From assembly GCA_963761335.1 (NCBI GenBank), contig CAVXGR010000015.1, forward strand, positions 64,001-128,000: DNA of 64,000 nucleotides, read 5' to 3'. Below, one piece after another: positions 9,425 through 21,494 of this stretch. Made by a program: the position numbers and the translations under genes. How positions within the stretch are numbered: the first letter of the stretch is position 1; the number at the start of each line of letters is the position of its first letter. Source of the DNA: an uncultured delta proteobacterium (GTDB lineage: Bacteria; Desulfobacterota; Binatia; HRBIN30; BPIQ01). The notes beneath the pieces are model-generated. The model was not told the origin of the DNA. It saw nothing but the letters and a program-made list of their open reading frames with translations, and searched no databases.

Positions 9425-11947
9425 ATGATCCCCCGGCGGTGGATTGAAGCATATCTGCGATTTCTGCTCCGCTTCCGCGGCTCGGTCACGATTGCGGTCG
9501 CCCTGCTGACTCTGTTCTTCGGCATCGGTCTGAAGAACATCCGCCTGCATACCGACTTCTTCGACTTCTACCCGAGACACCATCCGTACATCCGGTTCTA
9601 CAAGGAGTTTCGCCGGATGTTCGGCACCGCGAACATCATGAACGTCATCCTGGAGGTGAAGAACGGGGACATCTACAACCCCGAGACCCTCCAGAAGCTC
9701 GACCGCATCACCAAGTACATGGTGAACACCAAGGGGGTGGTCCCGTACCAGATCCTCTCGATTGCCCATCCGGCGGTGAACAGCGCCACGGTGCGTCAAG
9801 GGGCGATCCAGGTGCGGCCGGTATTCTACCCGGGGGTGCCGAAAACGCAGGAGGATGCCGAGCGCGTGCGATTCGCGGTGTACGCCAACCCCGCCATCCG
9901 AGGCGTCTACGTCTCCAATGACGACACCGCGGCAGTGGTGAACGTGGGCTTCTGGGAGGAGGCCCTGGACTTTCGCTATCTGTACGCCCGGATGAAGGAC
10001 CTGCAGAAGCAGGAAGACGACGCGAACCACAAGATCTACATCACCGGCTTCCCGTGGCTGTACACCTCGGTGCTGCAGTACACCAACGATCTCATCGTCG
10101 TCTTCGGGCTGACCTTCGTCTCTCTCTCCTTTCTGCTGTACGTCTACTTCCGCACCTGGACCGGCATCTGGGTGCCGATGTTCTCCGGGGTTCTCTCGAG
10201 CATCTGGGGCCTGGGGATGGCCGCCTGGTTGGGATTCAATCTCGACCCGCTGGTGCTGGTGATTCCCATCTTTCTCACGGCTCGGGCCTTGAGCCATTCG
10301 GTGCAGTCGATGGATCGCTACCACGAGGAGTACTATCGGCTGCACGACAAGAGCCAGGCGATCGTCGTTTCGTACTCGGCCCTTTTTCCGCCCGCCATCG
10401 CCTCGATCGTCACCGACGGCATCGGCCTTCTGGTGGTGGCCGTGGCCCCCATCCCGCTGATTCAGAAGGTGGCCATCTTCGCCAGCTTCTGGGTGGTCTC
10501 GATCTTCATCAGCGTGGTGACTCTGCACCCGATCATCCTCGGCTACATCAATCCGCCGCCGGAGCACTCCAGCACCGCGGGGCGGCAGCCGATGAGCATC
10601 CGCTGGGCGTCGCTGATCCTGGCGATGGGCGCCGGCGCCGCCGTGGCTCTCGATCAGCTCGGCATTCTGGACTCCCTTCTGGCTTTCTGCATCGTCTTTG
10701 CCCCGGTTTTTGCCTGGTACTGGCTGACCTACGCGGAAGACATCTATCCGTGGATCACCAACCTGGTGATCCAGGCCAGTGAAGGGTATCGGCGCTGGGT
10801 GGTGATCGGCCTCACCGTCTTCCTGTACGTCTTCCTGCCGTTCTACGGGTGGAGGTTGAAGGTCGGCGACATGACACCAGGAGCGGCGCTGCTGTTCCCC
10901 ACCCACCCGTACAACGTCGCCTACAACCTCCTGAACACCAAGTTCCTCGGCGCCAGCCAGCTGATCGTCATTGCCGACACGCGGCGGCCGGACGGCGTGA
11001 AGGAGGTGGAGCCTCTCGAGGCGATAGAAGAGTTCGCCGACAACATGCTCGATGTCGAGGGCGCCAGCGGCTCGATCACCATCGTCGACATCGTCAAGCA
11101 GCTCAGCCGGCTGCAGCACGAGGGCGATCCGAAGTGGGGTGTGATCCCGGTGAACCCGAAGGAGATCGGGCAGATCATCTACACCTTCACCCAGAACGCC
11201 ACCGTCGGGTCGTTGAACTTCTTCATGGATCCGAGCGCGCGATACGGGTCGATCATCACCCTCTTCCACGAGCACTCGCACGACATCATCATGAACGCCA
11301 TCGCCAAGGCGAAGCAGTTCGGCGCCAAGTACGACGAATCGGGCCAGGTCCGTTTCCGGTATGCCGGCGGGCTGTTCGGCATCCTGGCGGCGGTCAACGA
11401 GGAGGTGGAGAACTCGTACTGGCGCCAGCTCATTCTCATCTACCTGATCGTCTACTTCTGCCTGTATCTCACCTACGGCTCGTTTTATGCCTCCGCCATC
11501 CTGATGATCCCGGTCATTCTCTCGCAGCTCGCTGCAGAGGCATTGATGTACTGGCTACATATCGATCTCAACGTGAACTCCTTACCCATTGCAGCGGCAG
11601 GTGCCGGGGTCGGAGTCGACTACGGCATCTACCACTTCAGTAGAATGTTCGATACGTACGATGAGATCGGCAAGCTCGACGAAGCGATCGACTATGCCAC
11701 CGCCACCACCGGCAAGGCGATCATCTTCACCGCCAGCACCATGGTGGCGGGCACCGTCTTCTGGTGGTTCTCTTCCCTGAAATTCCAGGCGGAGATGGGG
11801 TTCCTGCTGGCCCTGCTGATGATCTTCAACACCTTCGGCGGTCTGGTGGTCGTGCCGGCGCTCGTCAAGGCGCTTCGACCGGGCTTCCTCGTGAACCGCA
11901 AGCCCAAGAGGCTGAGCAGCCAGCCGCAGGCGGCTGTGGCCGGATGA
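9425..11947 (+). CDS. RND superfamily (MMPL-type) transporter
   Basis: Two repeats of one TM helix, a periplasmic loop and five TM helices; GVGVDYGIY and TGKAIIFTA motifs. Confidence 0.9.
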   Translation: MIPRRWIEAYLRFLLRFRGSVTIAVALLTLFFGIGLKNIRLHTDFFDFYPRHHPYIRFYKEFRRMFGTANIMNVILEVKNGDIYNPETLQKLDRITKYMVNTKGVVPYQILSIAHPAVNSATVRQGAIQVRPVFYPGVPKTQEDAERVRFAVYANPAIRGVYVSNDDTAAVVNVGFWEEALDFRYLYARMKDLQKQEDDANHKIYITGFPWLYTSVLQYTNDLIVVFGLTFVSLSFLLYVYFRTWTGIWVPMFSGVLSSIWGLGMAAWLGFNLDPLVLVIPIFLTARALSHSVQSMDRYHEEYYRLHDKSQAIVVSYSALFPPAIASIVTDGIGLLVVAVAPIPLIQKVAIFASFWVVSIFISVVTLHPIILGYINPPPEHSSTAGRQPMSIRWASLILAMGAGAAVALDQLGILDSLLAFCIVFAPVFAWYWLTYAEDIYPWITNLVIQASEGYRRWVVIGLTVFLYVFLPFYGWRLKVGDMTPGAALLFPTHPYNVAYNLLNTKFLGASQLIVIADTRRPDGVKEVEPLEAIEEFADNMLDVEGASGSITIVDIVKQLSRLQHEGDPKWGVIPVNPKEIGQIIYTFTQNATVGSLNFFMDPSARYGSIITLFHEHSHDIIMNAIAKAKQFGAKYDESGQVRFRYAGGLFGILAAVNEEVENSYWRQLILIYLIVYFCLYLTYGSFYASAILMIPVILSQLAAEALMYWLHIDLNVNSLPIAAAGAGVGVDYGIYHFSRMFDTYDEIGKLDEAIDYATATTGKAIIFTASTMVAGTVFWWFSSLKFQAEMGFLLALLMIFNTFGGLVVVPALVKALRPGFLVNRKPKRLSSQPQAAVAG

Positions 11948-12006
11948 TCGCTCCATTGACAACGATTCTCTGAAGAGACAATTCTTCGAACGAGGAGGGA
12001 AAATTC

Positions 12007-13317
12007 ATGAAAATCAGCTCGCACGGGCGGCGCAACCTCCGCCGCGCGGTATGGGCGCTGACAATCGCCGCGATGTTTGCCACGCCGGCGATGGCCGAGG
12101 AGGATATGAAGCCCTGGATCCTCAACAGCAATAACTGGCAGCAAGCAAAGGATCTCCTTCCCGAGGTGGTTCTCAAGCGCGTGAAGGACGGCGACTACTG
12201 GTTCAAGGTTCAACCCATCGACCCGGATAAGTTCAAGCAGAACTACTCGGAGAAGTTCTGGCAGGCGAGCGAGGCGAACGCGGGGAAGTACGACGTCGAT
12301 CCGGCGACCTGCGGCCTGAAGGACGTGAAGACCGGGAAGATGCCGGACTTCTATTTCGGCTATCCGTTTCCGAAGATCGATCCGAAGGAGCCGATGGCGG
12401 CGTGCAAGATGGCGTGGAACTTCGAGGCGGCGAACTCCATGGGCGAGGGCCAGGGGGCCACGTTCACGCTCAACGGCATCGACAGCAGCGGTGAGTTCAA
12501 GCGCATCAAGCTCTGGCTGCACACCAATTCCTACCTCGGCCGCACCGGCGGGCCGATTCCCAACCCCGAGAACCTGCGCGGTACCAGCATGACCAACGTC
12601 CTCGAGCCGCAGGATGTCGACGGCGTCGCCGGACTGACCAAGCGGCTGAACGACTGGACGTCGCAGGACCAGTCCTGGTTCTTCGTTCCGTCCACCCGTC
12701 GCGTCCGCAAGGTGAACGCGGCGACGCGTTCCGATCCGGTGGCCGGTCTCGACATCTTCGCCGACGACCTCAACTGCTACGGCGGAAAGATCGAGTACTA
12801 CAAGTGGAAGCTGGTCGGCGAGGGGCAGATTCTGGCGCCGGTGCTGTCGCCGGGGACGCCGCTCAAGCAGCACTGGATCAACGACCATCGCGCCACGGTC
12901 GACATCCCCTACTTCAAGGCGGTCTACGAGACGCCCGGAGCCAAAGGGATTCCCTGGCTGGTGGTCGAGAACTTGAGCATGATTCCGCGGCCGGTGTGGA
13001 TTCTCGAGGGCGAGTCCGAAGACCCGTACTACAACTTCGGCAAGGTCATCATGTACATGGACAAGGACATGTACCGCATCTGGTGGAAGCTGGTGCACAA
13101 CCGCTCGGGCGAGTACTTCTACAACGCGGCCTGCGCCTACCACTGGTCGAAGAACGACGACGGCACCTTCGCCACGGTCACGCCCAACATGGTGGTCGGC
13201 GTGAACGACAAGACCAACCGCGCCTGCCTGGCGGGTCGCTACAGCTCGCAGTTCATCGAGCGCAAGTATCCCGACGACTACTTCACGCTGCGGCACCTGA
13301 CCGTTATGTCCGACTGA
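12007..13317 (+). CDS. DUF1329-family periplasmic protein (LolA-like fold)
   Basis: Signal peptide; GYPFP, AWNF, SWFFVPSTRRVRK and DDL motifs; operon context. Confidence 0.8.
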   Translation: MKISSHGRRNLRRAVWALTIAAMFATPAMAEEDMKPWILNSNNWQQAKDLLPEVVLKRVKDGDYWFKVQPIDPDKFKQNYSEKFWQASEANAGKYDVDPATCGLKDVKTGKMPDFYFGYPFPKIDPKEPMAACKMAWNFEAANSMGEGQGATFTLNGIDSSGEFKRIKLWLHTNSYLGRTGGPIPNPENLRGTSMTNVLEPQDVDGVAGLTKRLNDWTSQDQSWFFVPSTRRVRKVNAATRSDPVAGLDIFADDLNCYGGKIEYYKWKLVGEGQILAPVLSPGTPLKQHWINDHRATVDIPYFKAVYETPGAKGIPWLVVENLSMIPRPVWILEGESEDPYYNFGKVIMYMDKDMYRIWWKLVHNRSGEYFYNAACAYHWSKNDDGTFATVTPNMVVGVNDKTNRACLAGRYSSQFIERKYPDDYFTLRHLTVMSD

Positions 13318-13339
13318 GGTCCGCCCGCGTCGGTGGCGG

Positions 13340-13376
13340 AAGGGGCGGGGGCAATTGCCCCCGCCCCTTTTCTTTT
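13340..13376 (+). terminator. Rho-independent terminator of the DUF1302 operon
   Basis: Perfect palindrome AAGGGGCGGGGGCAATTGCCCCCGCCCCTT followed by TTCTTTT. Confidence 0.85.
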
Positions 13377-13564
13377 CGGCCTCCGCCCCCGCCTCCCGAC
13401 CCTTGACAACTCCCAAGGGTTCATAGTTTATCTCGCTGCGCATCAGGGCGGAGCGCAGAGGAGAGGGCAGTGAGGCGGGGTGCCGCGAGATGCCAGCGGA
13501 TAGCCGAGCGCCTCGTGCCGCGGCGATCGTCACCGCGGTCGGGTCAAACGAAGGGAGGGGGGAA

Positions 13565-14272
13565 ATGAGATACTGGACAATTCTCGCTGGTTCGCTTCTG
13601 TCGCTCGCGGTCGCTGGGTGCAACGGCGGCAGCGGAAGCCCGTGCCCGAGCGCCACGGCTCCGGATGTCACCGGGACCTGGTGCCAGATGGGCGCCGCGA
13701 CCACGGAGTCGACCTGTTCGGCCGGAACCAACTCTCTCAATCTGACCACCGCGAATGGCACCACCAGCGCCTGCTCCTTCACCGTCGGCCAGAGCGGCTC
13801 GGCGGTGGTCATCTCCAGCTGCAACCAGGACGTTGCCTTCACCGGCTGTGTGGATTCGGCAGGGGCCATCAGCGCCGACTACGGCCTCTTCCAGGCCGAG
13901 CCGGGCTGCACGGTGACGGCGCCAGTGACGCTGAAGGTCGAGCCCGGAGCCGAGACCGCGACGGCTTCCTACGACTTCCCGGTCTCCTACGACGGCCTGG
14001 CCTGCACGGCGGGCTCCATGAGCTGTCGGGGACAGATCGGGGCGCAGTGGCAGCGCTACGTGTGCGGTGACGGGGCGGCGACCGTCGCCTGCGAGGAGTG
14101 CGACGACGGCAACTCCGACAACAGCGACGACTGCAAGAACGACTGCACGCTCAACGTCTGCGGCGACGGTGTCCTGCATGTCGGCGTCGAGGAGTGCGAC
14201 GACGGCAACAACCGCGATGGCGACGGCTGCTCGGCGGCCTGCAAGATCGAGATGCCTAGCGCCGCCTCCTGA
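13565..14272 (+). CDS. Cys-rich lipoprotein with DUF4215 (Myxococcus cysteine-rich) repeats
   Basis: VAGC lipobox; two CGDG...EECDDGN...D(D/G)C...C repeats; GGAGGGG SD. Confidence 0.85.
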   Translation: MRYWTILAGSLLSLAVAGCNGGSGSPCPSATAPDVTGTWCQMGAATTESTCSAGTNSLNLTTANGTTSACSFTVGQSGSAVVISSCNQDVAFTGCVDSAGAISADYGLFQAEPGCTVTAPVTLKVEPGAETATASYDFPVSYDGLACTAGSMSCRGQIGAQWQRYVCGDGAATVACEECDDGNSDNSDDCKNDCTLNVCGDGVLHVGVEECDDGNNRDGDGCSAACKIEMPSAAS

Positions 14273-14307
14273 AGGGGCGGCGGCGCCCACTCGCATCAGA
14301 AGGAAAG

Positions 14308-14339
14308 AAAAGGCCCAGGGGTGACCCTGGGCCTTTTTT
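14308..14339. terminator. Bidirectional Rho-independent terminator
   Basis: AAAAGGCCCAGGG-GTGA-CCCTGGGCCTTTTTT between convergent genes. Confidence 0.85.
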
Positions 14340-14393
14340 CCTTCGGCGCCTCTGCCCGGCGCCTGCCTCAACGTCTCGCGGACGAGAAGGGGC

Positions 14394-14720
14394 TCAGTCG
14401 CGCTCTCCCCGGTACCAGCGCACCAGCCATCCCTCCTGCTCCCGTTCGGTGATCTCTTTGAGCTCGCCGGATTCGAGCCAAATCCCCTTGCACTCCGGGC
14501 ACTCCTCGACGGTGACGCCGTGCAGGGATTTGTTGTGCAGGTGAGCGCCATCCTTGGGGCACCGCGACACGGCGATCTCGCGGAGAGTGGCCTCGGTGGC
14601 CGTGCTCACTTCCTCCTTCAGCTTCTTGAGCAACTCCCGATCGCGTTTGGCGAAGTACGCGTCCTCTCGGCCGCGCTCCGCCTCGCGGAGCTTCTCGCCC
14701 AGTCGATCCTTCTCTTCCAT
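14394..14720 (-). CDS. zf-TFIIB zinc-ribbon protein with charged helical N-terminus
   Basis: CPKDG...VEECPECKGIWLESGEL motif. Confidence 0.8.
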   Translation of the reverse strand: MEEKDRLGEKLREAERGREDAYFAKRDRELLKKLKEEVSTATEATLREIAVSRCPKDGAHLHNKSLHGVTVEECPECKGIWLESGELKEITEREQEGWLVRWYRGERD

Positions 14721-14840
14721 CCGACTGCCTCGCTTTCTCTGGTGCGGGCGGGTCTCCCGCCGGCCGCGCTCGGCGACTGTTGTCGATGGCGTGCGCCGAG
14801 CACGATCGTACGGTAGCCGCCACCTCTCGGGTTTGTCAAC

Positions 14841-14871
14841 GTCGTCACCGCGCACTGTCGTCACCGCGCAC
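14841..14871. repeat. Perfect 15-bp direct repeat (2 copies) between divergent promoters
   Basis: GTCGTCACCGCGCAC at 14841-14855 and 14857-14871. Confidence 0.8.
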
Positions 14872-14942
14872 GCAGCTCCAGGGGTGTCGGACGGTTGCCA
14901 TGGGCGGCTTCGTGGTTAAAACAACAACCCAGCGGAGGCTCA

Positions 14943-17533
<2,591 letters not shown>

Positions 17534-17558
<25 letters not shown>

Positions 17559-18415
17559 GTCGTTGCGGGTGGCCCGTCATTGAGGACGGGCCACTCGTTC
17601 GCCTGCATCTTGTAGCGCTCGTAGCGCTCCAGAATGCGGTCGACGTACGCTACCGTCGCCGTCCCCTGGGCGTAGCCGTTGTCGACGAAGCGGTAATAGT
17701 CCGCGTTCTCGAGAAGCGGCAGCATCTGCGAGAGCGCGTCCCAGCGATTCGGGTCGAATCCGTAGTGCCGCGCCAGCACCTGGGCGTCGCGAACATGCGC
17801 TGGCCCCATGTTGTACGCGGCGAGGACCAAAGCCAGCCGGTCGCGGCCGCGGACGTGGGGGAACAGGTGCTCGAGGTGCTTGAGGTAGCGGACCCCCGTG
17901 CGCACGTTGTCGTCCGGGGTCATGTAGCGGTCCGCCTGCACCTGTCGCGCCGCGATCGGCATGATCTGCATCAAGCCGAAGGCTCCGGCACTGCTGACGC
18001 TGTCGGGCCTGAAGCGCGACTCCTCGAAGACCAGAGCCGACACCAGACGCCAGTCCAGTCCCTCCGCCGCCGCGTGGCGGTGAATCAGTGTGTCGAAGCG
18101 CGAGATGTGGTTGCCGGCGATGGAGGGGGGCAGCGGATCGACAGCGGGTTCCTCGGCGTGCGTCTCCAGCGCATCGACGGATCGCGTCGATTGCTGCGGG
18201 CCCGGCACGCTGACGCCGTCGACCTGAATGATCCAGCCGTCGACGGCGACGGTCCAGGCGCGCTTCGAAGCCGGCACGACGCGCTCGCGCACCGGGTTCC
18301 CCGCCGGGAGTCGCGGCGATGCCGGAGGAGCCCAGTCGAACAGCCCCATGAGCGCCAGTGCCCCTGCGATGAGCAGCTTCCGCGCCGCCCCGGAGCCGGG
18401 AGAACTGCGAGACAT
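17534..18415 (-). CDS. Lytic transglycosylase (SLT domain, MltF-like C-terminus)
   Basis: [22 protein letters not shown] and GYAQG motifs. Confidence 0.85.
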
Positions 18416-18542
18416 GCGCTCGGACTGTGCCGAAGCTCGGGGAGCAAAGCAAGTTCCGAGGGAAGTCCCGAGGTCCAGAGCCATCCCTTGACGCAGGACC
18501 GCGCTTCGGAGCCAATGATCGGAGCGAAGGAGGGAACTCGGA

Positions 18543-19715
18543 ATGGGAGAGGCCTACATCGTTGGCGCGGTGCGCACCGCGACCGGTCGCCGCAACGGCA
18601 TGCTCAAGAGCTGGCACCCGATCGATCTGGGGGCCGTGGTCCTGCGGGCTCTGCTCGAACGCACCGGCGCGGACCCGAATGCCGTCGAGGACGTGATTTT
18701 CGGCTGCGTCGACCAGGTGGGCGCGCAGGCGGCAAACATCGCCCGCAACGCCGTTCTCGCCGCCGGCCTGCCCGAGACCATCCCGGCGACGACCATCGAT
18801 CGGCAGTGCGGCTCGTCGCAGCAGGCCGTACACTTCGCGGCGCAGGCGGTGATGTCCGGCGTTCACGACGTCATCGTCGCCGGCGGTGTCGAGGTCATGA
18901 GCCTGGTGCCGATCGGGGGGAATGCCATTGCCGGTCACAAGCTCGGCTACGGTGCGCCCTATGGCGTCGGTCTCAAGCAGCGCTATCCGGGCATCAAGTT
19001 CAATCAGTTCGCCGGCGCCGAGATGATGGCGCGGAAGTGGGGCCTCGACCGCGGGAGGTTGGACGCCTTCGGTCTCTCCAGCCATCGCAAGGCGGCACGC
19101 GCCACCGAGGAGGGGCGCTTCGAGCGCGAGATCCTGCCGCTGGAAGTGAAGCGAGATGACGGCACTTCGGCCGAGCTTCGCCGCGACGAGGGGATTCGCT
19201 ACGACGCCAGCCTCGAGTCGATGGCGGCTCTGAAGGGTCTCAGCGAGGCCGGGTTGCTCACCGCCGGCACCTCGAGTCAAATCTCCGATGGTGCCGCTGC
19301 GCTGCTGGTGGCCAACGACGCCGGCCTGCGGCGTCTCGGCGCCCGGCCGCGGGCGCGCATCGCCGCCATGTCGCTCGCCGCCGACGATCCGGTGATGATG
19401 CTCTCGGCACCGATTCCCGCTACCCGCAAGTTGCTGTCGAAGGCAGCGATCGGCGTCGGCGACATCGATCTCTACGAGGTCAACGAGGCGTTCGCCTCAG
19501 TGCCCCTCGCCTGGAGCATCGAGCTCGGCGCCGACCCCGACAAGCTCAACGTGAACGGCGGTGCCATCGCCCTGGGGCATCCGCTCGGCTGCACCGGCGC
19601 CAAGTTGATGACGACGCTGCTGCATGAGCTCGAGCGCCGCGGCGACCGCTATGGCCTGCAGACGATGTGCGAGGGCGGTGGGCAGGCCAACGGCACGTTG
19701 ATCGAGCGGCTCTGA
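18543..19715 (+). CDS. Acetyl-CoA C-acyltransferase (thiolase)
   Basis: RQCGSS (catalytic Cys), NEAF, GHPLG and MCEGGG motifs all intact. Confidence 0.95.
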   Translation: MGEAYIVGAVRTATGRRNGMLKSWHPIDLGAVVLRALLERTGADPNAVEDVIFGCVDQVGAQAANIARNAVLAAGLPETIPATTIDRQCGSSQQAVHFAAQAVMSGVHDVIVAGGVEVMSLVPIGGNAIAGHKLGYGAPYGVGLKQRYPGIKFNQFAGAEMMARKWGLDRGRLDAFGLSSHRKAARATEEGRFEREILPLEVKRDDGTSAELRRDEGIRYDASLESMAALKGLSEAGLLTAGTSSQISDGAAALLVANDAGLRRLGARPRARIAAMSLAADDPVMMLSAPIPATRKLLSKAAIGVGDIDLYEVNEAFASVPLAWSIELGADPDKLNVNGGAIALGHPLGCTGAKLMTTLLHELERRGDRYGLQTMCEGGGQANGTLIERL

Positions 19716-19749
19716 TCCGCCTCGGAGTGCCTGGGACGGCTCGTTCTGC

Positions 19750-20361
19750 TCAGCGCGGGATCATCGAGGCGACTCCGGCCGGCTGCCAGTTGAGAGCCAC
19801 CACCTGCTGGCGCCGGCCGCGCGTCTGAACGATGCTCACCGAGCCCGGGCCAACGTGCAGCCGGCGATACTCCCCGAGGCCCATGCCCAGGAGTCTGGCG
19901 AGCAGAAGTCGGAGGGGATCGCCGTGGGAGACCAGAACCGTCGCGCCCTCGGCGGCGACCTCCGCAAATACCGGCGCGACCCTCTCCTGCACCGCCCGCG
20001 CCGACTCGATGGCGTCGGTCTCATGGGTGGCGTCATGGAAGTAGGCCCGCATGTCCGGGTCGTCGCGCAGCTCCGCGAACGTCTTCCCTTGCCAGGATCT
20101 GACCCAGACCTCGGCCAGTCGCTCGTCGGTTTCGATGTCGATCGCGTGCATCGCAGCGATCATTGCCGCGGTCTCCTGCACGCGTCGCTGCGGGCTGGCG
20201 AGGACGCGTCGAATCGGAAACGACCGCAGGGCATCGGCGACTGCGGCGGCCTGCTGGCGGCCGCGGTCGTTGAGGGGCGTGTCGCCGCGGCCCAGAACGC
20301 GTCCCTGCTCGTTCCAGTCGGTCAATCCGTGGCGTACGAGAAACACGGTGGAGTCGGGCAT
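19750..20361 (-). CDS. Histidine phosphatase (phosphoglycerate mutase-like) family protein
   Basis: LVRHGLTDWN and VSHGD motifs; start at MPDSTVFLVRHG. Confidence 0.9.
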   Translation of the reverse strand: MPDSTVFLVRHGLTDWNEQGRVLGRGDTPLNDRGRQQAAAVADALRSFPIRRVLASPQRRVQETAAMIAAMHAIDIETDERLAEVWVRSWQGKTFAELRDDPDMRAYFHDATHETDAIESARAVQERVAPVFAEVAAEGATVLVSHGDPLRLLLARLLGMGLGEYRRLHVGPGSVSIVQTRGRRQQVVALNWQPAGVASMIPR

Positions 20362-20484
20362 GCGCGATGGTAGCCGCTGGCCGCGGGGGCGCCAAGACCG
20401 GTCCGACAGAACTGCCCCGCCGGTGTTTGCTCCGCGAGGCCGAGTTCGTCTATAAGCGGGCGCGCCTGCGGAGAGGGGGAACTG

Positions 20485-20634
20485 GTGTCCGGCAGAGGCC
20501 TGAGCGTTCTCGATGTGCTGATAGTGCTGGCGGTGGTGGCGATGCTCGTGGTGCTCTCCTTCTACGAGTTTCCGCGCTATCGGCAGGACGTCCTGCCGGT
20601 GGCGGTCAGCGCCACACCGACCCCCGCCCCCTAG
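20485..20634 (+). CDS. 49-aa type IV pilin-like small protein
   Basis: Below the ORF-track cutoff. GTG start after GAGAGGGGGA; MSGRG/LSVLDVLIVLAVVAMLVVLSFYEFPRYRQDVLPVAVSATPTPAP; TAG overlaps the stop of the convergent esterase. Confidence 0.6.
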   Translation: MSGRGLSVLDVLIVLAVVAMLVVLSFYEFPRYRQDVLPVAVSATPTPAP

Positions 20635-21494
20635 CCTACGGCGACCGCGCGATTCTCCTCGATGAAGCGGCCCACCTCGGCCGCGACCTCTTCGCGGTCC
20701 CGATCCACCGTGATCACGTGAGCGCTGTGCTCGAGGATGTGGCAGCGGACCCGCGACGAGCCGATCTCGCGGCGCGCGATTTCGGCGTTCTCCAAGGGGC
20801 AGGTGTGGTCCAGACGGCCGTGCAGGATCAGCGCTGGCTGGCGGACACGCGGCAGCATCCGGCGGGCCGAGAGCTGTAGGGCGGCCAGCTCCACCATGCC
20901 GCGGACGGGCATCGGAAACAGGGGTTGGTTGCGACGCGCCTCCGGATCGGCGACGTCGCTGTCGCGCTTGGGACGCAGCCGCCATTTCACCGGCAGCACC
21001 GGCAGCGCGGCGCGCAAGAGCGGGGCGTAGCGACGCAGCCGCCCGTCGGCGAGGAAGAGCGGCGGCGCCATCAGGACGATGGCGCGGATGCGTTCGCCGT
21101 ATTCGCACGCCAGCTCGATGGTCAGCAGGGAGCCCATCGACAGGCCGGCCACGAAGACCGTCGGGCAGCGTGCCAACAGCATCTCCAGCCCCTGCCGCGC
21201 CGCCTGGATCCATTCGCGTCGACCGCTGCGCAGCAGCTCCGGGCCGAGGGTCGCGTGCCCGGGAAGGCGGATGGCCGAGACGGAGAGTCCGCGCTCCTGC
21301 AGGCGCTCCCCGAGAAAACGCATTTCGTGCGGCGTTCCGCTGAATCCGTGCAGCAGGAGACAGCCGCAGTCGCCTCCGGGCAGATCGAAGCCGGGGATGT
21401 CCGCGGGCTGCATCTCCGGCGCAACGCCGCTCACCAGAGTCGGCGAGGGATCTTGCCGCCCGTCCTCACTGATACGTGGTGCGTTCCTGGGCAT
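20631..21494 (-). CDS. Alpha/beta-hydrolase carboxylesterase (Est30/YvaK-like); start may be 21413
   Basis: LLLHGFSG, GLSMG nucleophile elbow, HGRLD and SAHVIT. Confidence 0.9.
   Translation of the reverse strand: MPRNAPRISEDGRQDPSPTLVSGVAPEMQPADIPGFDLPGGDCGCLLLHGFSGTPHEMRFLGERLQERGLSVSAIRLPGHATLGPELLRSGRREWIQAARQGLEMLLARCPTVFVAGLSMGSLLTIELACEYGERIRAIVLMAPPLFLADGRLRRYAPLLRAALPVLPVKWRLRPKRDSDVADPEARRNQPLFPMPVRGMVELAALQLSARRMLPRVRQPALILHGRLDHTCPLENAEIARREIGSSRVRCHILEHSAHVITVDRDREEVAAEVGRFIEENRAVAVG

Noticed and set aside
8912..11281. Long antisense or alternate-frame ORFs (also 11692..13869, 15282..17369, 25711..27858, 27850..30105, 50372..51940)
   Set aside because: They are shadows of well-supported genes in high-GC DNA and have no motifs.
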